DNA of 64,000 nucleotides from Hydrurus foetidus. Taxonomy: Eukaryota. Positions 36,366 through 48,359 of this stretch are shown one piece after another. The notes below the pieces were generated by a model that was given only the letters and a program-made list of their open reading frames with translations, did no database searches and was not told the DNA's origin. Both the position numbers and the translations under genes were made by a program. Every line of letters begins with the position of its first letter. Positions within the stretch are counted from its first letter, which is position 1. The DNA lies in the NCBI GenBank assembly GCA_900617105.1, contig UYFQ01000506.1, positions 124,001 through 188,000 on the forward strand, in the 5' to 3' direction.

Positions 36366-38661
36366 ATGAAGTTCTCAAACACTAATCGTCGCCGGATCGT
36401 CCTGATCGCGAGCGTGGCCGCCCTGGCGCTGCCGACCGGGGCCTTCGCCCAGGACCAGGTTGCGACGGACGACAACGTCATCCAGGACATCATCGTTACC
36501 GCCCGCAAGCGCGAAGAGCGGCTGCAGAGCACGCCAGTCTCCGTCGCGGCTTTCAGCGCCGATGCGCTGACCAAGCAGGGCGTTGACGACTTCTCGGAGA
36601 TCGCCTCGCGCGTGCCGGGCTTCACGCTCAATCCCGACAACATTTCCGAGCCCAATGTCTTCCTGCGCGGCATCGGCACCGACATCGAAAGCGCCGCCTC
36701 CAATCCGGCGGTCGGTTTTTCTTAACGACGTCTATCTTTCTGCGGGCCCAGGGCACGGCGATGGAGCTGTTCAACCTGGAACGCGTCGAGGTCGTGCGCG
36801 GTCCGCAGGCACGCTTTATGGCAAGAACGTCGTCGGCGGGGCCATCAACTTCGTCACCAAGAAGCCGACCCACGAGCGACTCGAGCGTCGAGAGCACCGT
36901 CGGCAACACAAGACCCTGGAGGCCAAGGCCTCGGTGTCCGGAGGTCTGACCGAGACCTTGTCCGGCAGTATCGCTGCCTCGGCGCGCAGCCACGGGGCTA
37001 TGCTTACACACCTATACCAAGTCAGACATGGAGGACCTGTTCTGCCTTTGGTGTGCTCGCCCAGTTGCGCTACCAGCCTTCGGGCGACCTGGACGTCCTG
37101 CTGACCGGTGATCTGACTCGCCACCGCGGCGGCGGTCACTGGATCGATATCCAGACCCCGTCCGCCCATAACGTGCCGTTCGTGAACCCGGATCGCCGCA
37201 GGGGCGCCAACAACATCGACGGTCATCAGAACGCCGATCTGGGCGGCGTTCACCTGAGCGTGGACCGCAATCTCGGTTCGGGCCGGCTGTCTTCGATCAG
37301 CGCCTATCGCGAAGCGACCTTCACGGCGCGCAACAACGACGCCGGCAGCTTCATCGACTTCACCAGGCTGGCCTATACGCCCGATGGTCGCGTCGACTTT
37401 TTCGCCATCGACGGCAGCCTGTTCAACGACGACTACTACATCAACGACAAGATCGAGAAGGCCAAGACCTTCGCAGGAGTTCCGTTACGCCTCGGAACTG
37501 GAAGGCCCGTTCAACTTTATGGCCGGCCTCTACTACCTGCATGAGGATGTGGATCGCACCGAGCGGGCTGACTACATCTTTGTCGACTACTACGCCCAGG
37601 GCGCGGATATCGCCCAGACTCGCGTGAAGTCCGACACCTATGCCGCCTTTGTCGAAGGCTCCTACGACTTCAGCGACACGGCCGGGATCACCGCCGGTGT
37701 CCGCTACACCAAGGACAAGAAGAAGTTCTCGGCCTATCGCGAGACCATCGGCGACTTCCTGGGCGCCAATTTCGAGGACGACGCAGGCAAGTCGGTGATG
37801 AAGTTCTCGGCCCGCGACACCGAAAGCTGGTCGGCCTGGACACCCAGTGTCAACCTGCACTGGCAGGCCACCAAGGACGTCTACACCTACGCCTTGGTCT
37901 CCAAGGGCTACAAGAGCGGCGGCTGGAACGGCGAGAACGCCACCAACCCCGGCGAGGCGCGCAACGCCTATGATCCGGAATTTGCCTGGAACTACGAGCT
38001 GGGCCTGAAGACCGACTGGTTTGGCCGCCGTCTGCGCGTCAACGCCACCGGCTTCTGGACCGAATATACCGACCTGCAGACCCAGCAGTTCGTGATCTTC
38101 GATCCCAACCTGCCGGCCGACAATGTCATCGCCAACGCCGGCACGGCGCGGGTCAAGGGCGTGGAACTGGAGACCATCGCGGCGCTGATGCGTGGCCTGA
38201 CACTGTATGGCAACTACACCTACATGAAGGGTGAGATCACCGGCGACCTGATCTCGACCCAGTTGGCCTATGATCCCAGCTGCTATTGCAGCGTGCCGAT
38301 CCCGACCAACCTGAAGGGCAACCAGCTTCGGCGGACGCCCAAGAGCAGCTTCAATGTCGGCGGCAGCTTTGAGCGGCCGGTCGGCGACAAGCTGAACGCC
38401 TTCCTGCGGGCCAACTACAGCTACACGGGCAGCTTCGAGTTCGACAACGAGAACAACCCGCGCACCCATCAGGACTCGGTCGGTCTGGTCAATGCCAGCC
38501 TCGGCTTCGGCGACCAGGATGGGAACTGGGAACTGGCCCTCTGGGGCAAGAACCTGGGCGATGAGCTCTACGAGACCGGCAAGTCCGACGTGATCGGCTC
38601 AGTGCTGGTCTCCTATGGCGCGCCGCGCACCTACGGCGTCACTCTGCGCTGGAAGCACTGA
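36366..38661 (+). CDS. TonB-dependent receptor (several frameshifts)
   Basis: Signal peptide, DIIVTARKREERLQ, VEVVRGPQ.TLYGKN, GYKSGG, NYELGLK, PRTYGVTLRW. Confidence 0.93.
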
Positions 38662-38664
38662 GGC

Positions 38665-38751
38665 CGGCATGACGAACCCGGCGACGATGATGCAACACGA
38701 CCTCGCGGGCGGCGCTCGCATCGGCATCATCGGAGCCGGGTTCGTCGCCGT
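38665..38751 (+). repeat. Long intergenic hairpin after the TonB receptor gene
   Basis: GACGAACCCGGC/GCCGGGTTCGTC and CGATGATGC/GCATCATCG nested arms. Confidence 0.75.
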
Positions 38752-38790
38752 TACACTGCACCTTTGCCATTCCCCTTCGGAGTAAGCGTC

Positions 38791-40530
38791 ATGTCTCGCA
38801 AATCGGCCCTGCGGCTTACCGCCGCCTTTACCTTGGCGATGCTCATGGGAAGCGGCGCGGTCGCCCAGCAGTCGCACAAGCCGACTGACATCCGCGATCC
38901 TTCGGTCAAGGCCTGGCACGACCTGACCTATGACGCACCGCCGCCCATGCCCAAGCCCGGCGTCGACTATGGCTATGACGAGAAGACCGGCGTCTTCACC
39001 CATCCGCGCGCGACGCCGCTGCTGGAAGGTGATGGCGTCAACTTCCCGGGTCAGCTGAAGGGTTGGGAGCAGAAGTCCTACGCCAAGAACATGTCGCTGA
39101 TCGCCTTCTATCCGAACGCGACCTCGCCGTTCCACACCTGGCAAAACATCGCCGACTTCGACGGCCGCCGGTACCTCTACATCTACGATCGCCGCAATAT
39201 CAGCGTCTACGACATCACCGATCCGACCAAGGGCAAGAAGCTGGTCCATCGCGGCGACATCTGGACCGGCAAGGGCATCGAGGGGCAGGAAAACCCTCTG
39301 CCCGAACACGAGATCATCGGCGCGGCCTCGATCCAGTGGAGCAAGGATCTGGGCAAGTACGTGATGATCCAGTCCAACGAGGTGCAGCGCTTTGGTATCT
39401 ACGACGACAAGATGACCGAGCCGGACGGCGTCGCGAAGATGCGCAACTGGCCATATCACAAGGGCTTCAAGGTCTATGCGATGAACGGCCCGCTGCCCGA
39501 CCAGTGGGAACTTCTGGCCTCGCGCACCACCGACTACAAGCACCCCGACGCGCCGGTGGGCCAGCAACAGGGCTCGGGCTCGCTGGACGTGCCGGCCTGG
39601 TTTGGCGGCAAGTACATGTTCCTGTCGGCCGCGCCGGACGACAGCTTTGGCCTGACCGAGTATCCCAACTACCTGCACAGCCCCGGCTATCAGAGCTGGG
39701 ACGTCTCCGACCCAAGAACCCCAAGTTCGTCCAGCAGCTCGGTCCCTGGCCAGATCATCGGCAGCAAGGCTGAGGAGGACGCCTATCTGATGAACCCGCG
39801 GGCCGGTAACCGCACCTCATGGATGGGCTCGCGGATGCCGCTGTTCCTCCCCAAGCCGGTGGAGCAGGGCGGCAAGGTCGGTTTCGCGGCCATGGGGGGC
39901 CTCGGCCTCTACACCGTCGATCTCAGCGATCCGGCCGACATGAAGGTGATCGGCCATCTGGCTCTGCCGCCGAAGTTCGCGGGCACCGAGGCCGACAATG
40001 TCGACGTCAGCCAGTACGAGCGCACCGGCTACATCTTCATGAACGGCTATCCCATGAACGATGACTGCTACGAGCCGTACAAGGACATCTTCGTCATCGA
40101 CGCCAAGGACCTGGCCAACCCGAAGATCGTCGGGACCTTCCCGCGTCCTACCCCGCCGAAAGACGCGCCCTATACCGATTTCTGCCAGCGCGGCGGCAGC
40201 TTTGGACCCAAGCGTCCGGGCTACCATACCCAGCCGGGCCGCTCGCGCGAGGGCGTCGTGCCCTACGCGTTCTACAATGCCGGCGTTCAGCTATTCGACG
40301 TCAAGGATCCGACCAAGCCGTCCATCGAAGCCTATTACGTGCCGCGTTTCCCGACCGACGCGGAAATGCCCGACTATGTGAAGGGCAATCTCGGCTACGG
40401 CATCTATGTCGAATACGACCGCAACATCGTGTGGCTGTTCACCAACCACGGCTTCTACGCCCTGTCTTCACCTCTGCTGGGCAAGCCTGTGCTGAGCGCC
40501 CCAGCCAAGGCCTGGCCGCCGCGCGACTGA
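38791..40530 (+). CDS. Secreted LVIVD-repeat-like (beta-propeller) protein of unknown function
   Basis: Signal peptide (AVA-QQ); repeats YDITDP, WDVSDP, VDLSDP, IDAKDL, FDVKDP; strong host codon bias. Confidence 0.75.
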   Translation: MSRKSALRLTAAFTLAMLMGSGAVAQQSHKPTDIRDPSVKAWHDLTYDAPPPMPKPGVDYGYDEKTGVFTHPRATPLLEGDGVNFPGQLKGWEQKSYAKNMSLIAFYPNATSPFHTWQNIADFDGRRYLYIYDRRNISVYDITDPTKGKKLVHRGDIWTGKGIEGQENPLPEHEIIGAASIQWSKDLGKYVMIQSNEVQRFGIYDDKMTEPDGVAKMRNWPYHKGFKVYAMNGPLPDQWELLASRTTDYKHPDAPVGQQQGSGSLDVPAWFGGKYMFLSAAPDDSFGLTEYPNYLHSPGYQSWDVSDPRTPSSSSSSVPGQIIGSKAEEDAYLMNPRAGNRTSWMGSRMPLFLPKPVEQGGKVGFAAMGGLGLYTVDLSDPADMKVIGHLALPPKFAGTEADNVDVSQYERTGYIFMNGYPMNDDCYEPYKDIFVIDAKDLANPKIVGTFPRPTPPKDAPYTDFCQRGGSFGPKRPGYHTQPGRSREGVVPYAFYNAGVQLFDVKDPTKPSIEAYYVPRFPTDAEMPDYVKGNLGYGIYVEYDRNIVWLFTNHGFYALSSPLLGKPVLSAPAKAWPPRD

Positions 40531-40534
40531 TCCG

Positions 40535-41831
40535 ATGAGCGGCTGTAATACTCGAAGACGCGATCGACGATCTGCCCTTCGGGTGGTTCCACATCAGGCT
40601 CCTGGCTCTGGTCGTCGCCATCATGCTGCTGGACGGCTTCGATCTGCAGGTCGCGGCCTTCGCCGCGCCGGCTATCCTCAAGGCCTGGGAGCTCACGCCG
40701 GCCGCCTTGACCGTGGCGGCCGCTCTGGTCGGCGTGGCTGTGGGCACGGCGGCGGGGGGAGCGCTTGGAGATCGCTTCGGCCGTCGGCCGCTGCTGCTGG
40801 CCAGCGTCGCATGGTTTGGCCTGGGCGCCCTGGCCAGCGCGTTCTCCGGTTCGATCACGGATCTCACGACCCTGCGCTTTCTGACCGGTCTGGGGTTGGG
40901 GGCGGCGATCCCCAATGCTGCGGCCCTGGCGGCGGAGTGCACGCCTCAGCGGTTTCGAGCCCATGCGGTGATGCTCGTGATTATCGGGCCGCCGCTGGGC
41001 GGGATGCTCGGCGCGGCGCTGGCCGCCTGGCTGATCCCGGCCTTTGGCTGGCGAGCCTGCATGCTGGTCGGCGCCGGTCTTCCACTGATGCTTCTGGTGG
41101 GCCTGGCGCGAGCGCTTCGGGAGTCTCCGTATCATCTGCAGAAGCGCGGCGACTCGGCGCTTCAGATCGGTAAATGGCTGCTTCAGGCCGGTGGCGAGGC
41201 GCGGGCCCTCGCGCCGCCGCCGGTGATTGAAAGCGGCGCCCAAACCCCGCTGTCGCGCGACCTGATCCGGGCCAGCCTGGGCCTGTTCCTGGCGTTCCTG
41301 GGCGCGATGCTGGTGCTCTACGGCTATCTCAGCTGGATACCCGTCGTCCTGACAGCCGCAGGCGTTTCGCCCGCGACGGCGATCCGTGCTTCACTGGTGT
41401 TCAATCTCTGCGGCGTTGTGGGAGCGGTTCTGGCGGCCCAGGCCATTCGTGCCCTGGGCTCTCGTATCGTCCTTGTGGCGCTGAGTGGCGGCGGCCTTGC
41501 GGCCACCGGTCTATGCGCGTCGCTGATCGGCGCATCGGACGCGAGTATCGCCGCCATCTTCACGGGTTAGCTTGGCCGGCGCGGCAGTTTTCGCCCTGCG
41601 GTGGGGCTCTACGGCCTGGCGACCCATGTCTATCCGGCTCCCATCCGCGCGACGGGGGTCGGCATGGCGGCCACCTTGGGGCGGGTCGGAGCCATAGCCG
41701 GAGCCTTTGGTGGAGGCGTGCTGATCGCCACCGATCTGGGCTTCTATTTCACCGCCCTGGCCGTCGGCCTGCTGATCGCGGTCGTGGGCGTACTGGTCGT
41801 CGACAGGCACAGCTTGGCCAGCCGACCATAG
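40535..41831 (+). CDS. MFS aromatic acid:H+ symporter (PcaK/BenK-like; frameshifted)
   Basis: LDGFDLQ, GDRFGRRP, RFLTGLGLG, YPAPIRATGVG..GRVGAI. Confidence 0.88.
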
Positions 41832-41946
41832 TGGCCGGGCGCCTTTTTGTGGCTCCAAACATGGCGACGGGCAGCCAGCCATCGCGGCGATCAGGTTCTC
41901 TCGCAACGGCGGCGGCCAACGTGCACTGCTCCCGAAATCCCAGCCC

Positions 41947-44352
41947 TCAATAGGCGACCCGGACGGTGATCGACGCGGTGCGAGGACGCGGCGGGTGACC
42001 TGCGTGGTGGCGCGCAGCGCGAAGGGGTTGCCGTAGGCGAAGGTGTCGCCGCTTTCGTTGGTGGGATTGTCGAGCGCGGCTGTAAGCCGCCAGCGGGGCG
42101 CGGCCAGACTGAGCGCCAGACGGCCGTGGGCGTAGCTGCCCATGCCGGGCGCGGTCGCCGCGTCGAAGGTCAGGCGGGAATGGCCGACATAGGCGTAGCG
42201 GGCGTCCAGCTCCAGCGTCAGATCGTGCCCCAGTGACCAGTCATAGTGCACCGTGGCGCCGCCCGCGCGCGCCGGCACGCCGGCCAGCCGCAGGTCGCCG
42301 CGCGCCGGTGCCGGGCTGGCGTTTTCCAGTTCCGGACCATTGATCAGGAACGATCCGCCCCAACCTCAGCCGCCCGACCTGATAGGCTTCCAGTTCGAGT
42401 CCGAGGTTGCGGCCATCGCCGATATTGGCCGTGAACGGTAGGCCTGAGGCAGGAGCTGGTCGCTCTGAATGGTCTTCCAGAAGGCTGGAAGAGGGCGGCG
42501 CGCAATCGAACCCGGCCGTCGAGGGCGCTCAGCTTGCCGCCGGCCTCCAGGCTCCACAGCTCGTCGCCGCCGTAAACGCGGCGAAGCTCCGGCCGGCTGT
42601 GGTGAAGGCCTGCCCCGGCGGGCCGGTGGTGTTGAAGCCGCCGGCGCGATAGCCCTCGGCGGCCTGGACATAGACCAGGGCTGTCGGCGAAAGGGCGTAG
42701 GCGAACACGATCTTCGGCGCGAAGCCGGATCGAGAGCTTGCCGTCGAAGGCTGTCGGCGGCCCTGTCGGGCTGGTGATCACGCTCGACACGCGCACCTTC
42801 GAGGCGAACAGGCGGCCGCCCAAGGTCGCGCTGAACGACGATCCGAGGGGCAGGGTCGCCTCTCCAAACAGCGCCGCCTCGTCCAGGGTGTCGCGCCGGG
42901 CTTCAGCAAGGGCTGAGGCGTCGCGGGCGCGGCCAGTCGGATCAGGGTCAGGTCGTTGTCCTGACGGGTGCGGGCCAGGAAGGCCCCGGCCAGCCAGTGG
43001 ACGCGCGCCTGGGGCGGCGAGGCCAGGGATCCTTCCGTCACCAGTCCCTGGATCCGGTTTCCGTCGTCAAAGGCCGCCGGGCCGGGCGGCAGGTTGATGG
43101 GCGGGGCTGCGGAAGCGTCATAGCGGCTGGTGATGTCGTGGCGCACGGCCGACACCGTCCAGCGAGCCTGGACGTTGTCCAGTTCGCCGCGCAGGCCCAG
43201 ATGGACCTCTGCGAAGTCGTTGTCGTGCGGCTCCCGTATCTGGTTGCGTCGCGTGAGGGGGGCTTCGGTCGCCAGGGCGTACTGGGTGTCGTCGGCGTTG
43301 ATGGCCTGGCCCACGACGCCGGCGCTCAGGGTCCAGCGGTTGTCTAGATCGAACCGCAACGAGAGGCGCGCGCCCGACCTGGCGCTGCGGTTGACGTTGC
43401 GCAGGCCCAGGCCCGCGTCGTCGATGTAGCCGCCCTGGACTTCGCGATAGGCTACCAGCCGGACCGCGCCCCGGCTCTGGAACAGGGGCAGGTTGGCCAT
43501 GGCCGACGCCCCGCCCGAGGCCGCGCCGTCCTTTGTTGTGCCGGCGGTGACCGACACCCAGCCGTCGAAGCCGGTGGGGTTGGGTTGCTCGGTCACCAGG
43601 TGCAGCACCCCGCCCAGCGACCCCGCTCCATAGAGGGCGCCCTGCGGACCGCGCAGCACCTCGACCTGGGCCATGTCGATCAGCAGCAGGTCGGGATCGG
43701 GCGCGTTATAGGTCAGGCGGGTGTCGTCGAGATAGAGGCCGACCATCGACTGGGTGCGGCCGGTCAAGGGACCGTCCGACAGGCCGCGCAGCATGATTTT
43801 GTCGCGGCCGGCGCCCAGATTGGTCACGGTCATCGAAGGAACCACCATGGCCAGATCGCCGGCGTCGCGGAGCCCCTGGGCGGCCACGGTCGATCCGCCG
43901 ATCGCGCTGACGGCGTAGGCCAGCCGATCGGCGGGCGTGGGTCGGCGCGTGGCCAGGACCACCAGTTCGGGCAGGCCCAGGGCCGGCTCGTTCGCGGGCT
44001 TCGGCGCGGGCCGCGTGACGGCGACCCGGGCCGGCGGCAGTCGTACGATCTCGACGGCGTGGGCGTCGATCATCCGGAAGCCGCAACCCGTGCCCGCCAT
44101 CAGGGTTTCCAGCCCCGCCTTCAGGGTGAAGCGGCCCTTCAAAGGATGGCCGCCGGGGGCGCAGGCCGAGGCCGCCTGGGTGCTGATGGAAACGCCGCCC
44201 TGGATGGCCAGGTCGATCAGGGCCGCCTTCAGGGGCTTGCGCGGAATGTCGAAGGCGAAGGTCTGCTCGGCCGCCGACGCGCGTCCGCCCAGAGCGATCA
44301 GGCACGCCACGCTCGGGAGCAGCGCCCAGCGTCGCCACGCGTCAGATCGCAA
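41947..44352 (-). CDS. TonB-dependent receptor with N-terminal signalling (STN) domain (frameshifted)
   Basis: FDIPRKPLKAALIDLAIQGG, ELVVLATRR, VEVLRGPQGALYGAGSLGG, C-terminal VRVAY. Confidence 0.9.
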
Positions 44353-44381
44353 GATTGCTTCCCCTGAAACCGAAGTCCGCG

Positions 44382-45365
44382 TCAGCGTAGTTCGATTTCC
44401 CGGTCAGTGCGATGGACGGAGAGGGAGAAATAACCGGCCACGCGCTGAACCACGACCGTCTCGTCGCCCAGTTCCAGCACGCCGGAGAAGCGGCGCCTGG
44501 CGGCGGCGTCGGAAACCCGTATCGGGGTGGGATAGCGGCGGTTCAGATCGGCTATGACCTGGCCCAGAGTCTGATCGTCATAAACCAGCCGTCCCTGGGT
44601 CCAGGCGAAGGCGCCGTTCGGGTTGGTCGTGACCTGGGTCGAGCGGGGCGAGCCCTCGACATGGGAAAGCGCCTGGCCGGCGATCAGACGGGCGACGGGC
44701 TCGGCGCCCAGGGCCGGCTGGCGAACCTCGACGATTCCGCGACGCACCGTGACCTGTACGGTCTTGTCGTAGTGGCGGATGTTGAACTCTGTGCCGACGA
44801 CGCGAACCTGCTGGTCGCCCACGCCGATCACGAACGGCCGGCCCGGATCCTTGGCCACGTCGAAGGTGGCTTGGGCGTCGGCCATCTCGACGCGACGCGT
44901 CCGCCAGCCCAGCCGCACGCTGAGCTTCGAAGCCGCGTCCAGATTGATCCGGGTGCCGTCGGCCAGGGCGATCTGGCGCGTCTGGCCAGGCGCCGTCTCA
45001 TAGACCGTTTCCACGCCCTGATAGGACCGCCACACGGCCGGGGCCCCGACCAGGGCGACGACCGCCGCTGCGGCAGCGGCGAGTCCCGCGGACCAGACGG
45101 GGCGGGGGGCGCGCGGTCGGAAAGCAACCACCGTCGGGCCGGTCGGAGCCAGGGCCGGCGCGATCTCCGCCGCCCGCTCACTCAGTTCAGTCGCCAGAAG
45201 CTCGGCCTCCTCGAAGGCGGCGACATGATCGTCGGAGGCTTCCAGCCACGCGGTCAGCGCCGACCAGTCCCCGGCCGTGGCCTGGTCGGACTGCACGCGC
45301 ACCAGCCATGCGACGGCGTCGTCGCGCAGGGTCTCGCTGGTCCTTGAACCGCCTTGGCCGGTCAT
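44382..45365 (-). CDS. fecR: FecR-family anti-sigma factor
   Basis: AVAWLVR, TM helix, LADGTRINLD, VRVVGTEFN, AWTQGRL. Confidence 0.92.
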   Translation of the reverse strand: MTGQGGSRTSETLRDDAVAWLVRVQSDQATAGDWSALTAWLEASDDHVAAFEEAELLATELSERAAEIAPALAPTGPTVVAFRPRAPRPVWSAGLAAAAAAVVALVGAPAVWRSYQGVETVYETAPGQTRQIALADGTRINLDAASKLSVRLGWRTRRVEMADAQATFDVAKDPGRPFVIGVGDQQVRVVGTEFNIRHYDKTVQVTVRRGIVEVRQPALGAEPVARLIAGQALSHVEGSPRSTQVTTNPNGAFAWTQGRLVYDDQTLGQVIADLNRRYPTPIRVSDAAARRRFSGVLELGDETVVVQRVAGYFSLSVHRTDREIELR

Positions 45366-45465
45366 GCCCGATCATTGCTCCTGAGGCGCATCGTCGCCCC
45401 GCTTGCCGTAAAGACGCCACAAAGCCCCAGGCGCCTCCAAACTTTCTTTTCCACAGCCTGAAAGC

Positions 45466-45980
45466 TCATCGTCCCACCTTGGCGATGATCTGCTTGAGGC
45501 TGGTCATGATGTACTTCTCGACGCTGGATCGGGAGACGCCCATCGCCGCCGCCGTCTCGGCGTGGTTGAGGCCTTCCAGCTTGTGCAGGCGAAAAGCCTC
45601 GCGCACCGCCGGCGGCAGGTCGTTCACGGTGTTGACGATCTGGCTCAGGCGCTGGCGGGCAAGGCGTCATCGGCGGACTCGGCCGAGGCGTCCTGACCCT
45701 GGATCAGGTCGACATGGGCGCCGCGCCACTCGGTCTCGCGCTTCGTTGCCCTGCGCTGGGTCTTGATGCGGTCCAGCATCAGGTTCGTCCCCAGCCGGTA
45801 GAGATAGGCGGCGGGGTTGTCGATCGGGTCGGCCGGCGGCGGCGTGATCTTCAGATAGATGTCCTGCACCAGGTCCTGGGCCGCTTCCTCGGATCGCAAG
45901 CGGACGCGGAAATAGCGCACGAGGTCCTCGCGCCGTTCGAGATAGGCGGCGAGCAGGGGATGGACGTCACTGTCGTCCAA
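45466..45980 (-). CDS. ECF sigma factor (FecI-like; frameshift near 45660; start approximate)
   Basis: AQDLVQDIYL, AYLYRLGTNL..DR, REAFRLHKLEGLNHAETA, VSRSSVEKY. Confidence 0.9.
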
Positions 45981-46158
45981 GGCCGCGACCTGCGCTCCAG
46001 AGGCCCAATGGCCCTTTGTCGTCCGGGGAATCCGCCGACCCGGCCAGTCTTTCCGAAGCCGCCCGTCGGCGCAATCGCAATCCCCCAAGAGATCCTTTGA
46101 GGAGGTTTGCCGGGCGCGTCGTCTTGCTCATCGAACGGGCGTCGAGACGCTCGCCAGA

Positions 46159-46986
46159 ATGCGGAGATCGGTCTTGCTGGAAGTGATGATGCTCGACGAC
46201 GGCGCCTTGCGCGGCAGCCTCCGGTTCGATGCCGATCGCGTGCGGCGCTTCACTTCGGTGGAGCCGCGGGTGATCTCGATCCACCATCTGATGCAGCCGG
46301 AACGTCGCCGGGTGGAGGCCTATATCGAGGCCGCCTACGCCTCGGCCTTCAACGGAACGATCCGGGCGCACTATCCCACCCTGATGAGCGTGCAGGACGG
46401 CGAAGGCCGGATCCACGGAGCGGTGGGCTTCCGGTTGGCCGACGAAGGCGCACTGTTTCTGGAGCAATATCTGGACGAGCCGATTGAGGCCGCCATCGAA
46501 CGGAAATCTGGTGAAGCGGTGGATCGTCCCGCCCTGGCCGAGATCGGCAGCCTGGCGTCCGAAAGCGCCGGCGCGTCGCTGTTCCTGTTCCTGGCCCTGG
46601 CGCGGCACCTGCACCAGAAGGGCTGCACCCACGCTGCCGCCACCGCCACCCGTCAACTGCGCCGCAGCTTCGCCCGGGTCGGCTTCGCCACCCAGACCCT
46701 GACCCGAGCAGAGCCGAGCCGGCTGGGCGAGGGGGCCGCCGACTGGGGCGGCTACTACAACCGCGATCCGGAAGTGATGGTCGGCGCCATTGCGCCGGCC
46801 CTGCCGGCCCTGGCCCAGATGCTGATGGCCGAGCCGCCTGAGGTTCCTGATATCCGCCCAGATTACATCCCGCCTGGTCGCCGGAGCTGGCCCGATGAGC
46901 CGGATCCTGAACGCCATCGCCCGCCACGCCGTCGAAAGGCCCGAGGCGATTGCGTTGAGCACGCGAACCCTGTCGCTGACCTATGA
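46159..46986 (+). CDS. 'Thermostable hemolysin' family protein (GNAT-like fold); true stop probably near 46898
   Basis: AVGFRLA..LFLEQYLDEPIE, EIGSLAS, ATATRQL, DWGGYY..PEVMVG. Confidence 0.85.
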   Translation: MRRSVLLEVMMLDDGALRGSLRFDADRVRRFTSVEPRVISIHHLMQPERRRVEAYIEAAYASAFNGTIRAHYPTLMSVQDGEGRIHGAVGFRLADEGALFLEQYLDEPIEAAIERKSGEAVDRPALAEIGSLASESAGASLFLFLALARHLHQKGCTHAAATATRQLRRSFARVGFATQTLTRAEPSRLGEGAADWGGYYNRDPEVMVGAIAPALPALAQMLMAEPPEVPDIRPDYIPPGRRSWPDEPDPERHRPPRRRKARGDCVEHANPVADL

Positions 46987-48343
46987 AGCGCTGGAGGCCG
47001 AGATCGAGCGCGCGGCGACGGCGCTGTTCGCCTTCGCGCCGCTGGTTCGCTCCGGCGCACCGGTGGCCGTGCGGCTGGCCAACGGTCCCGCCTGGGTGAT
47101 CCTGGACCTGGCCCTCATGCGCCTGGGCTGGCCCAGCCTGCCGCTGCCCGGCTTCTTCACGCCGGCCCAGCGCGAGCACGCCCTGGCTGACGCCGGTGCG
47201 ACCTTGCTGGTCGAAGAGGCTGAAGGGACCGTCGCGTTCGAGATCCTGGGCACATCCATCGCGGTCTGGCCCTGCGCGACCGCGCCTGTGGCCCTGCCGA
47301 CCGGCACGGCCAAGATCACCTATACCTCCGGCTCGACCGGCCAGCCCAAGGGCGTGTGCCTGTCGCTCGAGCAGATGGAGGCCACAGCCGCCGCTCTGGT
47401 CGAGGCCATCGGCGCCGACTATGCCGGCCTGCACCTACCGCTTCTGCCGCTGTCGATCCTGCTGGAGAATGTCGCCGGTCTGTACCCGATCCTGCTGGCG
47501 GGTGGCCGCTATCACGTGTTGCCTGCGGCCGAGTTGGGCCTGGAGAATCCCTTCCGTCCGGATCTGGCCGCCCTGGCCGGCGCCATCGCCGACCAGCACG
47601 CCACCAGCCTGATCGTGGTGCCAGAACTTCTGCGCGCCCTCCTGATGGTGATGACCTTTACCGGCGCCCGTTTCCCCGACCTGAATCTGGTGGCGGTCGG
47701 CGGCGCCAAGGTTTCGTCGCAACTGCTGAACCAGGCCGACGCCCTGGGCCTGCCCGTCTACGAAGGCTATGGCCTCAGCGAATGCGCCTCGGTCGTGGCG
47801 CTCAACACCCCATCGGCGCGCAAGGCTGGGGCGGTGGGCAAGCCTCTCTCGCATCTGTCGGTGAGCATCGACGGCGAGGGCGAGATCATCGTCTCGCCCA
47901 GGCCCTTCCTGGGCTATGCGGGCCGCGAGCCGCACCAGGGCGCCGTTTATACCGGCGACCTGGGCAGCCTGGACGCCGAGGGCTTCCTGCGTATCGAGGG
48001 CCGGCGGACCAACACGATCATCACCGCGTTTGGTCGCAATGTTGCGCCCGAGTGGGTGGAGAGTGAGCTGCTGGCACAGCCCGAGATCCGCCAGGCGGTG
48101 GTGTTCGGCGAGGCCCAGGCCGCGCTCGGGGCGCTGATCGTGCCGTTGATCCCCGACATGGACGAGGCCGCGATCGCCCAGGCCGTCGCCCGGGCCAATC
48201 TGGCCTTGCCGGACTACGCCCAGGTCAAGCGCTGGCAGGTCCGCGCCCCCTTCGACCCGACCGAGGGCGAACTCACCAACAACGGCCGTCCCCGCCGGGC
48301 GGTCCTGTTGTCGCGTCACAGCGACTTCATCCAAGCCTCTTGA
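46895..48343 (+). CDS. AMP-dependent synthetase/ligase
   Basis: YTSGSTGQPKG, YEGYGLSEC, TGDLG, GRNVAPEWVE. Confidence 0.93.
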   Translation: MSRILNAIARHAVERPEAIALSTRTLSLTYEALEAEIERAATALFAFAPLVRSGAPVAVRLANGPAWVILDLALMRLGWPSLPLPGFFTPAQREHALADAGATLLVEEAEGTVAFEILGTSIAVWPCATAPVALPTGTAKITYTSGSTGQPKGVCLSLEQMEATAAALVEAIGADYAGLHLPLLPLSILLENVAGLYPILLAGGRYHVLPAAELGLENPFRPDLAALAGAIADQHATSLIVVPELLRALLMVMTFTGARFPDLNLVAVGGAKVSSQLLNQADALGLPVYEGYGLSECASVVALNTPSARKAGAVGKPLSHLSVSIDGEGEIIVSPRPFLGYAGREPHQGAVYTGDLGSLDAEGFLRIEGRRTNTIITAFGRNVAPEWVESELLAQPEIRQAVVFGEAQAALGALIVPLIPDMDEAAIAQAVARANLALPDYAQVKRWQVRAPFDPTEGELTNNGRPRRAVLLSRHSDFIQAS

Positions 48344-48359
48344 ACAGGAGCCTTCAGCC

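Noticed and set aside
46159..46986. Secreted hemolytic toxin
   Set aside because: The name is a family label; there is no signal peptide or secretion system, and it heads an enzyme operon
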